This document shows positions 53,953 through 61,730 of a DNA stretch of 64,000 bases, piece after piece. The stretch spans positions 28,875-92,874 of IMG/VR virus record IMGVR_UViG_3300044641_004856. The stretch is one strand, 5' to 3'. Every line of letters begins with the position of its first letter. The stretch's first letter is position 1. The notes below the pieces were generated by a model. The model worked only from the letters and a program-made list of their open reading frames with translations. It was not told where the DNA came from and searched no databases. Origin of the DNA: a virus. Made by a program: the position numbers and the translations under genes.

Positions 53953-54568
53953 GTGTTGCCTCCTTTTTTTGTGTTGGGTATTTGATACGAGTTAATGCAC
54001 GTGAGTTACCAGCAGTTTTTCTGTATCCGTAACGAACCAAACGCAGGTTAATTGCGCCAACAGTTAACCCAAGTTCTTGTGCGATTGTGTATGTGCTAAC
54101 TCCTAAGAGAGTCTGCTCATGAATTAAGCGTGTGAACTCTTCTGCTTCTGTTCTGTTCTTAGACCCCTTGCCTCTAAGAAGAGTGGCAGTTGCATGAAGT
54201 TCTTTAAGAACTTTTAGTGCTTCAGGGTCAATAGGAGTTTTCCTATAAACAACCTTCTTTATACGAGCACGCTTTGGAACTGGTTGACTAGCAACTGAGA
54301 GCATGAGTTGGAACGGTTCTCGTTCGAGTTTATCTACGATTAACCTAATCATCTCTCGTGTTACACCAACAGCCTGCCCGATACTTTCAAGAGACCAACC
54401 TTCTTCTTTTCTAAGTCTCCATACGTATTGGTTTCTTTCTTCTTTTGTCTTAAAAGACTTAAAGATTAAATACACTTCAGGAGTTAGCAACTGATTTCTT
54501 ACAGGGCTACCTTCTGTAACTTCTTTAATCTTCTTTACGTAATTGGGATTTATGCTTGGGTATTTCAT
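53924..54568 (-). CDS. Double-HTH DNA-binding protein (sigma-70 region 4-like)
   Basis: GWSLESIGQAVGVTREMIRLI and STYTIAQELGLT. Confidence 0.75.
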   Translation of the reverse strand: MKYPSINPNYVKKIKEVTEGSPVRNQLLTPEVYLIFKSFKTKEERNQYVWRLRKEEGWSLESIGQAVGVTREMIRLIVDKLEREPFQLMLSVASQPVPKRARIKKVVYRKTPIDPEALKVLKELHATATLLRGKGSKNRTEAEEFTRLIHEQTLLGVSTYTIAQELGLTVGAINLRLVRYGYRKTAGNSRALTRIKYPTQKKEATHENTTSNSN

Positions 54569-55161
54569 AGTGCCACCAACCCTTCTACTTGTTCAGCCGT
54601 TAAAGAAGTTATCATTCCGTTTGAATCAGTAACAGCGTTAGTAATTACTACGTTACCTAACAGAACTGTTTCATCATCTTTGCCAAACTCGTTAAGCCAT
54701 AATTTTGTTGCGGTGAAGTTTGGAACTAACCCTAGGTTCTTAAAGCGTGCTTCTTCGTTAAACCATAGTGTTATGTTTTGAGAAGGTAGGGTCTTGCACT
54801 CAACGTATCCTTTGCATGTTGATTGTAAGAACTCTAACTGGTCTTCTGCTTTAACTTCTTGAACTGCTTTCGTTCCGTCTTCGTAAAAGATAACTGCTTT
54901 AACTTCTTTATAATTTACGTAAGCATTGGAACTACCACAAACCAAACACAGAACTTCTTTATCATTCCGTTCTGTATCTTCATTGAAGTTAAAGGCTTCA
55001 ACGTATGGGTCGAAAGGAGTTACCGACTCACAAGGCATACACCATGTCCATTCGATGTTGTCAAACTTTCCGACGTAATCGAATACCCCATACTGTCCAT
55101 GACGTGCATAGACTTCATTACACAAGTCGTAGATGTTTCTCGGTGCAGGGTTAGTTGCCAC
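54565..55161 (-). CDS. Protein with C-terminal DUF3846-like domain
   Basis: LQ...GYVE...LWFNEE...N.TAT...LLGNVVI; GTG 55161 after AGGAGGAG. Confidence 0.65.
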   Translation of the reverse strand: MATNPAPRNIYDLCNEVYARHGQYGVFDYVGKFDNIEWTWCMPCESVTPFDPYVEAFNFNEDTERNDKEVLCLVCGSSNAYVNYKEVKAVIFYEDGTKAVQEVKAEDQLEFLQSTCKGYVECKTLPSQNITLWFNEEARFKNLGLVPNFTATKLWLNEFGKDDETVLLGNVVITNAVTDSNGMITSLTAEQVEGLVAL

Positions 55162-55513
55162 GATACTCCTCCTGTGTTTGAGCAAACTTGAATGGAGTGT
55201 AAGAAGGGTCGCTATTAATAATTCTTCCCAACTCTTCAAGTTCTGAGTCAGTAAAGTTATCTATTGCTTCCCAATCTTCTTTTGCCCATGAATCAGTATC
55301 AACAACACACAAGCCACTTGCCCAACCGTAGTTAGAATCTTTAGCGATGTATGTTGCTTTATCAAAGTCAACAACACGAATGTAAACTTCGCCGTCAACC
55401 TTAACAACTCCGTCAGCAATTAAAGATAGTCCTGAACCTGCTATTGCATTAGCAAGAGTGCTTAGGTCTATGTCTTCTTTTGAAGAGATAATTATTGCAA
55501 CTTGATTACTCAT
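55151..55513 (-). CDS. Acidic hypothetical protein
   Basis: 120 aa; GGAGGCA RBS. Confidence 0.65.
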   Translation of the reverse strand: MSNQVAIIISSKEDIDLSTLANAIAGSGLSLIADGVVKVDGEVYIRVVDFDKATYIAKDSNYGWASGLCVVDTDSWAKEDWEAIDNFTDSELEELGRIINSDPSYTPFKFAQTQEEYRGN

Positions 55514-55516
55514 AAG

Positions 55517-55756
55517 TTATGCCTCCATTTCGTTTTCGATTGCGGAATAGATGTCATCATAAGTTCCTTCAGTATCAAACTCTCCTGAAGCAACACTCTT
55601 CCAAACTTCTTTAGTTAAAGGTTTGTAATTGTCTTCTTCGGAATTGTTATCTTCCCAACTTTCTTCTAAATCCCAAAACGTCCACCATGCAACAACGATT
55701 TCTTCTTTAGGGTCTAGTTTGCTTAACGCTTTGATTACGCTTTCTACTGTTGCCAT
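55517..55756 (-). CDS. Acidic hypothetical protein (paralog family)
   Basis: MATVESVIKALSKLDPKEEIVVAWW...KEVWK. Confidence 0.7.
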   Translation of the reverse strand: MATVESVIKALSKLDPKEEIVVAWWTFWDLEESWEDNNSEEDNYKPLTKEVWKSVASGEFDTEGTYDDIYSAIENEMEA

Positions 55757-55759
55757 TAT

Positions 55760-56026
55760 TTATGCCTCCACTTCTACGAGTTTGATACCACGTTTTTTTA
55801 ATTGCTTTTCAATCATTTCTGAGATGACTCCCTGAATACCCATGATGTCATCTCCTGTTGGTGCTTTATCAATGGCTTTTTTCCAAACGTCTAACGGAAG
55901 AGTTACGCCGTAATCTTCTTTTAGTTCTTCAGCAAAGTCTGAGTAACCAAAGTATGTAACCCATAATTCATCTTCAGGTTTGAAGTCCTTTTGCAAGTCT
56001 TCTATAAGTTCTTTTACTGTTGTCAT
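55760..56026 (-). CDS. Acidic hypothetical protein (paralog family)
   Basis: MTTVKELIEDLQKDFKPEDELWVTYF...LDVWK; GGAGGCA RBS supports ATG 56026. Confidence 0.7.
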   Translation of the reverse strand: MTTVKELIEDLQKDFKPEDELWVTYFGYSDFAEELKEDYGVTLPLDVWKKAIDKAPTGDDIMGIQGVISEMIEKQLKKRGIKLVEVEA

Positions 56027-56030
56027 TAGG

Positions 56031-56267
56031 TTATGCCTCCTGTTCTGTATAAGCATCGTCGTAGCCTTGGTTATGACCTAACGCCCAAACTTTGTGTAGC
56101 ATTTCTTCTAGTTCTTTAGTGGTAAAGAACTTTAACTTAACGTCTTTTGCAACCTTCACGTCTTTAGGGTTTGCCATTACAACGTGTGTTGCAAAGATGT
56201 TTCTTGCAAGTGTTTCTATTTCTTTCTTATCTTCTTTAGTTGGGTTTCCAAGTTCTCTTTTGCTCAT
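56031..56267 (-). CDS. Hypothetical protein
   Basis: 78 aa; GGAGG RBS. Confidence 0.65.
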   Translation of the reverse strand: MSKRELGNPTKEDKKEIETLARNIFATHVVMANPKDVKVAKDVKLKFFTTKELEEMLHKVWALGHNQGYDDAYTEQEA

Positions 56268-56270
56268 GGG

Positions 56271-56468
56271 TTAAGCCTCCTTTGATAGTCGTTGTTCTTC
56301 TTTAGTAATTAAAAAGAGAGCAAGACGAATGCCGTCTGCTTTGCCGTCTGTGTAGTGAAAGTTAGAATCTGCTCCGTCTTCAAGAGCATGGCTTATCTCC
56401 ACAGTCTTTAACTCGGAACGTAACTTCTTTCTGATGTTCTCAAGCGGTAGTTGAATCTCTTTAATCAT
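56271..56468 (-). CDS. Hypothetical protein
   Basis: 65 aa; GGAGGCA RBS. Confidence 0.65.
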   Translation of the reverse strand: MIKEIQLPLENIRKKLRSELKTVEISHALEDGADSNFHYTDGKADGIRLALFLITKEEQRLSKEA

Positions 56469-56713
56469 GCGCTTGCCTCCTTTAGTTGGTCTGCTTGTTC
56501 GAATTGAAGTGCATACACAAGTGCATACACTTTTTGCATAGCGTCTGTGTAACCTCTGTGATACTCATAGCCTCCAACAACTGCTTCTTCACCAGTTGCT
56601 TCAGATAAGTTCTTTTGCTGATTGATAATTTCAAGCAAGACTTCTCCATGAATAATTTCATGAATCGGTGTGCCTAGTGCGAGCAGGTTTTTTTGTTGCG
56701 GAGTTGCATTCAT
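56465..56713 (-). CDS. Hypothetical protein
   Basis: 82 aa, coupled. Confidence 0.65.
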   Translation of the reverse strand: MNATPQQKNLLALGTPIHEIIHGEVLLEIINQQKNLSEATGEEAVVGGYEYHRGYTDAMQKVYALVYALQFEQADQLKEASA

Positions 56714-56994
56714 ACTGTTACCTCTTCTCTCTTCTTGTTCATGATTGATACGTATTGTTCGTGAATCCAGTCAGCGAACGTGTTTCCCATTTCTTCCCAT
56801 TCGAGAATGTTTTGAACAACTTCAACTAACTCATTCCAAACTTCTTTTGGAACTTCTTCATAGTCCATGGTGTCTTCGAGAAACTCGCAACCCCATTCGT
56901 TGTTATCTGCATACTCCTTTGTAACCCATTCGATAATAATTTCTTCGTCAGGATTGAGTGCTTGTAAGTATTCGATTGCCTTGGATACTTTCAT
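56710..56994 (-). CDS. Acidic hypothetical protein (paralog family)
   Basis: MKVSKAIEYLQALNPDEEIIIEWV...KEVWN; ATGA coupling at 56994. Confidence 0.7.
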   Translation of the reverse strand: MKVSKAIEYLQALNPDEEIIIEWVTKEYADNNEWGCEFLEDTMDYEEVPKEVWNELVEVVQNILEWEEMGNTFADWIHEQYVSIMNKKREEVTV

Positions 56995-57695
56995 GATTGA
57001 TACTTCCCAGCACACACAGCACCCATACCTCTTGCAACAGATACTGCTCTTGTTAGTGCACGACCACAATGCACACAGCAACCAAACTGAACGCTTAGTT
57101 CGATTGCCTTAGATAAAGTCAAACGATGTTCAGGCTTTAACTCAAAGAGCACCGATTGCTTTGTTGTGTCGTAATCGAATCCGTCATGATTACGATTGAT
57201 TGTCCATACTTGAAGTTTGCGACTATTCAAACCCATACGGATTTGGTAAATAGAGTTATTAAGAAGGTATGCACCAACTTCTTTTATCTCAGGTTCTAAA
57301 GACGGTGCGTCTTTGAGTTGTGTAATTAATCCACTTACTGAATCAATAGACAACTGCTCCAACACAGTTACACCTTCTTTTGAAAGTGTTGCAGAAAGTA
57401 AGGCTTTGCCTTCTTGCTTGTCCTGCACCAGTTTCCCTAGCAACCAAAGTTGCTTTGATGTTGCAAGGCGAACAACGCCTGCTTTGTTTGGGCACTTAAG
57501 AAGATTAGCAATTAACTCAGTTGCTCCTTGCACGTTAAGTAATGCAAAGTCAGGAGTGTCATAAGAATGTTGCTTTGTATCAAGTAACTTCTTTATGAAG
57601 TTTGCCTGCTTCTCACTTGCATAGCGAACCTTGTATTCGCCGTATTGATTACCACCACGTGCACCAGCCTTACGATGTTTTGTTTTTGTAGCCAT
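56991..57695 (-). CDS. Protein with C-terminal DUF6011-like zinc finger
   Basis: ASEKQ/ATSKQ repeats; CVHCGRALT..SVARGMGAVC. Confidence 0.75.
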   Translation of the reverse strand: MATKTKHRKAGARGGNQYGEYKVRYASEKQANFIKKLLDTKQHSYDTPDFALLNVQGATELIANLLKCPNKAGVVRLATSKQLWLLGKLVQDKQEGKALLSATLSKEGVTVLEQLSIDSVSGLITQLKDAPSLEPEIKEVGAYLLNNSIYQIRMGLNSRKLQVWTINRNHDGFDYDTTKQSVLFELKPEHRLTLSKAIELSVQFGCCVHCGRALTRAVSVARGMGAVCAGKYQS

Positions 57696-57731
57696 AGTTT
57701 TGCCTCCCTAGTTTTTTTGTTGCGGATTGGG

Positions 57732-57887
57732 TTATGGATAGAGCAAGTCTTTGCAGAACGAACTCATCTGTTCAACAGGAACTTTGCATTCAGCAGGGGT
57801 AGTTGCATTGAATGCCCAAGCGATAAAGCATAAGAAGATTGCTAACACGACCAACCTTCTTATTCGGTATTTAGTTTGCATTCGCAT
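57732..57887 (-). CDS. Small membrane protein
   Basis: MRMQTKYRIRRLVVLAIFLCFIAWAF...; AGGAGG RBS. Confidence 0.6.
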   Translation of the reverse strand: MRMQTKYRIRRLVVLAIFLCFIAWAFNATTPAECKVPVEQMSSFCKDLLYP

Positions 57888-58038
57888 GTGCTTCCTCCTT
57901 TGATTGAATTGATACAGGCGTTGCCATGTTCTTGAATCGAATTGCAATTTCTTTTGCTTTTGGGTATTGACTTGCAATTAAAGATTGAAGAACAATACTT
58001 AGTTCTTCATCATTGACTGAAAGAATGTGTAGTGTCAC
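57871..58038 (-). CDS. Hypothetical protein (55 aa)
   Basis: Manual translation from GTG: MTLHILSVNDEELSIVLQSL...; GGAGGCA RBS; GTGA overlap. Confidence 0.55.
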   Translation of the reverse strand: MTLHILSVNDEELSIVLQSLIASQYPKAKEIAIRFKNMATPVSIQSKEEAHANAN

Positions 58039-58250
58039 CAGTTTGCCTCCACTTCTTCTATCTTCTCTTCATGTTGAGTTTGGATAAACAAAGGAACAAG
58101 AGTGTCATGAATAAACGCTTCTCCTTTAAACCATTCTGTGTGAGTTCCATACTCTGCACCAAACCATGTGCGTGCAGAGTAATCACCAAACGTCCATTCG
58201 TATTTAACTTCTGTTACTTCTGCTACTGATACTTCTTTTGTATTAGCCAT
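58035..58250 (-). CDS. Hypothetical protein
   Basis: 71 aa; AAGGAG RBS. Confidence 0.6.
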   Translation of the reverse strand: MANTKEVSVAEVTEVKYEWTFGDYSARTWFGAEYGTHTEWFKGEAFIHDTLVPLFIQTQHEEKIEEVEANW

Positions 58251-58256
58251 AGATTG

Positions 58257-58490
58257 TTACTCCTTCTCATCTAGTTGGGTTGATAGTTCATGTGCGATTT
58301 GCTCTTGAATTAATTGGTCTGCTTCATCATCATCAACGAATGCAAGTGCCTGTTGCCATACTTTGTCTGTCACTTCTGAATCAAACTTATCTTCAAACTC
58401 TTCTTTAGAGAAGAAGAGAACGTAGATTGAATCTGTATCTTTGAAGTTGTCATTGAGATTTACTTTCAGGTCTTTAACTGTAGTTATCAT
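58257..58490 (-). CDS. Acidic hypothetical protein (paralog family)
   Basis: MITTVKDLKVNLNDNFKDTDSIYVLFF...DKVWQ. Confidence 0.65.
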   Translation of the reverse strand: MITTVKDLKVNLNDNFKDTDSIYVLFFSKEEFEDKFDSEVTDKVWQQALAFVDDDEADQLIQEQIAHELSTQLDEKE

Positions 58491-58715
58491 TTATTCCTCC
58501 TCAGTCGCTGTTACTTCTAGTAATTGAATTGCTGTGCCTACTGCAGACCACACGATTGCGTTGCGTAGATAAAGTTCCAAGTAACGTGTGAAGTCTTCTG
58601 TGTTGATTATCTTCTTTAAGGTTTGCACCTGTCTCTCATTCCAATTAATACGAATTGAAAGAGAGACAGGCGCAGTTAAAGAAGTTTTAGATTTACTCTT
58701 TCCAGAGTTTTTCAT
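58491..58715 (-). CDS. Hypothetical protein
   Basis: About 74 aa; start uncertain (58715 or 58733). Confidence 0.55.
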   Translation of the reverse strand: MKNSGKSKSKTSLTAPVSLSIRINWNERQVQTLKKIINTEDFTRYLELYLRNAIVWSAVGTAIQLLEVTATEEE

Positions 58716-58974
58716 CGTGCTCTTCTTCATCAACTAAGTGTTGCAAAGTTTCAACAACAGAAGTCTTAGTTGAGTCGTAACGACTAACACCATTTAAGTC
58801 GTTGTAGAAAGTTTCTTTGAGTGCATACCAACCCCACTCGTTACTTGCAAACTTAAAAACAACCCAACGCAAGTCTTCTGATACGTAAACAGAAGAAGAG
58901 TTGTATGCATTGTTTGGCAGAGTTACTGTTGGATACTTACTTGCTTCATACTTCTTTAGAACGATTGTTGACAT
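58693..58974 (-). CDS. Hypothetical protein
   Basis: 93 aa; GAGG RBS. Confidence 0.6.
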   Translation of the reverse strand: MSTIVLKKYEASKYPTVTLPNNAYNSSSVYVSEDLRWVVFKFASNEWGWYALKETFYNDLNGVSRYDSTKTSVVETLQHLVDEEEHDEKLWKE

Positions 58975-59571
58975 TTATGCCACCTCTTCTTTCTTGTCGT
59001 AGACGAGTTCGATTAAACGTTCCATGTCACGCAAAGTAATACTTACTCTTGCATGACTAGAGTCTGAGTAGTAAGGCACTTCGATGTTTACGTCATCGAA
59101 TAACTTTCCACCCAGTAGTGACTTAATTGTGTTTGGCATAGTTAACTTTGCACGTTCTGCATGTTCTTGAATCTGTTTTTTCTTTGCACGAACGATTGCT
59201 TCTTGTGCTTCTTGTTCTGCACGTAGTCGCTTCTCTTCTGCTTCACGTGCATTCCATACACCTTGAACGATGTCATAGCGTGCAACGATACTTGCAACTC
59301 GTGTGACGTAATAAAACGTCTCACCATTATCGTCTGTAATTGTAAAGAGCAAACCAACTCCCTTTACTTCTTTCTTTGGTGCAGGAGAGAAGTCTGCTTC
59401 TTCTTTTGAAGGGCGAGTATCTTTCCAGTAATACTTATCCTTGGAGACAAGTTTTGCTTTGTAGATGTTGTGCCTCTGCACGTGGTTAAGGTCAACAGCA
59501 TTACGCTTTGTGTATGTGAATGAGTTAAGAATTGCATACTCAACACCTACTTCGAGTTCTGAAAGTTTCAT
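58975..59571 (-). CDS. Hypothetical protein with coiled coil
   Basis: 198 aa; MKLSELEVGVEYA. Confidence 0.7.
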   Translation of the reverse strand: MKLSELEVGVEYAILNSFTYTKRNAVDLNHVQRHNIYKAKLVSKDKYYWKDTRPSKEEADFSPAPKKEVKGVGLLFTITDDNGETFYYVTRVASIVARYDIVQGVWNAREAEEKRLRAEQEAQEAIVRAKKKQIQEHAERAKLTMPNTIKSLLGGKLFDDVNIEVPYYSDSSHARVSITLRDMERLIELVYDKKEEVA

Positions 59572-59627
59572 AAGAAGTTACCTACTTTCTTTTGGTTGGT
59601 GGATTTTTTGTTGCGGTGAAAGATTGT

Positions 59628-59688
59628 GCAGGGCAGAGAGGGAAGTCTCTGCCCTGCTAGTTAGTTGGAGAGGCAACTACAACTAACT
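59628..59688 (-). other. Intergenic tandem hairpins with loops complementary to early-gene RBSs
   Basis: Perfect 12-bp stem 59628-59657 and 9-bp stem 59659-59688; see findings. Confidence 0.6.
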
Positions 59689-59690
59689 CC

Positions 59691-61667
59691 TCATTGAGAT
59701 ACCAAACGACGTGCGATTGCAGTTCGCACTAGTGATTGACCAAGAGACAAGATGTCTTTGGCTTCACCAATTCGTTTGATTATCTCAAAGTTATGTCTGC
59801 ACCTTTCTAATCCTTCATTCGAAACTTCATTAGGATAGAGAAGTGCTTGGCAAGTGAGAACACCTGCTTCTTTCATTCTTCTTACAGACTCTTCCGCTTT
59901 ATCTCCGCCCCATGCACCGTCAGTAATCATGAAGAGAATGCGGATTGGCTTGTCTGTAGTAGCAAGAATGTTTTGTGCATTTAAGATTGCAACTTCAGGT
60001 TGTGTTGTTCCACTTGCACCTGAATCTCTTACTGTTGTATCTGCTTTTTCATCTGCAGAATAAAGTAAGTGAGTATGTGAATCAAACGTGTAAACAGTTG
60101 TGCGTGCCTGCACTTTGTCTAAAGAACGTTTGATAGCCCACAAACTTTTGTATGCTTCTTTTGCATTGTGACCTTGCATTGAAGAAGAACGGTCAAGAAG
60201 AATAACTGCTTCGATTGCAGTTACGTCATCGCGACCGCTTTGCCACTTGTTAAACAAAGTGCGAACACTTGCACCTTGCATGTAACGATTGGCATTTAAC
60301 TTTCCACTTCGTTGCTCAGTTAACCATGAAGGGTCGTAGTTTGCTTTGAGTCTTTCTAACTCACGAGCAAACGAACGTTGCACCATTACTAAGTCTGCAG
60401 TTGCAGATACAGAACGGTAATCAGCACGTGATACCGACTCTGCATTAACAGTTCCCATAAGAGGTTTACCAACAACCTGCATTGATAACTTATTTAGATT
60501 ATCCATAAGTTCTTCAGTAACTGATTGGATAATCTCTTCCATGGTGTCTGTAACTTCTTGAGAGTTTGCAGTTTTACTTTTACCACCAGCACCAGCATGA
60601 CGGCTTAAGTTATCTGCTTCATAAGAATCATCAGACTCTGAATCATCATCAGAATCTTCAGCAACAGTTACGTCACCAAAGTCAGAAGAAGAATCGGAAT
60701 CTTCTTTTGAATCTGAATCATCATCTGAATCTAATTCATCATCAGAATCATTACCACCATTACCACCTTTATCGTTTGGGTCTGCAAAGTTATCTGAAGA
60801 AGAGTTAGATTGTGAATCTGAATCTGAATCTGAATCATCATCAGAATCTGAATCATCATCAGAATCAGCAGAAGAAGATTGTGTATCTTCTTTATCTAAT
60901 TCTTTTTCTTGCTTCTCTGCATTCTTACGGTCACGCTCTTGTTCACGCTTTGGTGCAGGACGTGAATCAGAAGACTCATGACCTTGGAATGGTCTCGCTT
61001 CATGACCGTTTGGGTCTGCAAGATTATCGCCCTGAATTAATTCTGCGAATCGTGCAATTAATTCTTTTGCACGTTCTGTATCGTCAGGGAATAACAGCAA
61101 ACGGTATTCATCAATTACTTCACCAAGTGCAACTATGTTTTCTTGTTTTGCATAGTGCTTGCGTGCAAGTTGACGAATCTCAAGAGGCAAGTATCTGCGA
61201 CCGCGTAATAACGGATACGCATTCTCGATTGCTTCAGGAGTATTAAGAATGAATTGTGCAACAGTTGCAGTCAACCAATTAACAGTTGAAGGGAATCTGC
61301 CAACCATAAGTGTTTCGATACGTTGGTCTTCTAACGCATTGAATGCTTTCCAGTAATTGTTTTCAATTACCCATAAGCAGATGTCAGAACCGTTACGTGG
61401 TGTGTAACGAACGTGTGCTAACTCGTGAAAGTCCAAGCCTTGGATTGATAACAAAGTCTCTGTATCAAACTTGTCATTAATCTTTGCTTCGTTGAACCAT
61501 ACGTCGTTAGCACCCGACCAAGCAGGAGCACCGTCAGGTTGATTGACGATGTGCACTTTAATTGGACGAAGTGCAATAACAGAATTAGCACGTTGAAACA
61601 CTTGTGCTAATCGAAGTAATCTATCGCGCTTTTCGTTCTGTTGTTCTTGTGTTGTTAGTTGTTGCAT
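59691..61667 (-). CDS. vWA-domain protein (CobT-like) with HExxH region and Asp/Ser-rich linker
   Basis: HELAH, NALEDQRIE, MIDAS LLDRSSSM, GTT, ITDG. Confidence 0.85.
   Translation of the reverse strand: MQQLTTQEQQNEKRDRLLRLAQVFQRANSVIALRPIKVHIVNQPDGAPAWSGANDVWFNEAKINDKFDTETLLSIQGLDFHELAHVRYTPRNGSDICLWVIENNYWKAFNALEDQRIETLMVGRFPSTVNWLTATVAQFILNTPEAIENAYPLLRGRRYLPLEIRQLARKHYAKQENIVALGEVIDEYRLLLFPDDTERAKELIARFAELIQGDNLADPNGHEARPFQGHESSDSRPAPKREQERDRKNAEKQEKELDKEDTQSSSADSDDDSDSDDDSDSDSDSQSNSSSDNFADPNDKGGNGGNDSDDELDSDDDSDSKEDSDSSSDFGDVTVAEDSDDDSESDDSYEADNLSRHAGAGGKSKTANSQEVTDTMEEIIQSVTEELMDNLNKLSMQVVGKPLMGTVNAESVSRADYRSVSATADLVMVQRSFARELERLKANYDPSWLTEQRSGKLNANRYMQGASVRTLFNKWQSGRDDVTAIEAVILLDRSSSMQGHNAKEAYKSLWAIKRSLDKVQARTTVYTFDSHTHLLYSADEKADTTVRDSGASGTTQPEVAILNAQNILATTDKPIRILFMITDGAWGGDKAEESVRRMKEAGVLTCQALLYPNEVSNEGLERCRHNFEIIKRIGEAKDILSLGQSLVRTAIARRLVSQ
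60620..60880 (-). repeat. Low-complexity (GAT/TCA)n repeat encoding an Asp/Ser linker
   Basis: GAATCTGAATCATCATCA-like units; DSDDDSDSDDD in the protein. Confidence 0.8.
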
Positions 61668-61730
61668 GACTGCCTCTCTGTAGATTTTTTGTTGCGGATT
61701 TTTTTATAAAGAATGTTGCAAGAGTGCAGA

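Noticed and set aside
60620-60880. Tandem DNA repeat as a separate element
   Set aside because: Fully explained as codons for the Asp/Ser-rich linker of the vWA protein.
49316-61246. Plus-strand ORFs in the leftward arm (e.g. 51763-52044, 54859-55191, 60812-61246)
   Set aside because: Antisense to coherent, RBS-bearing, translationally coupled minus-strand genes.
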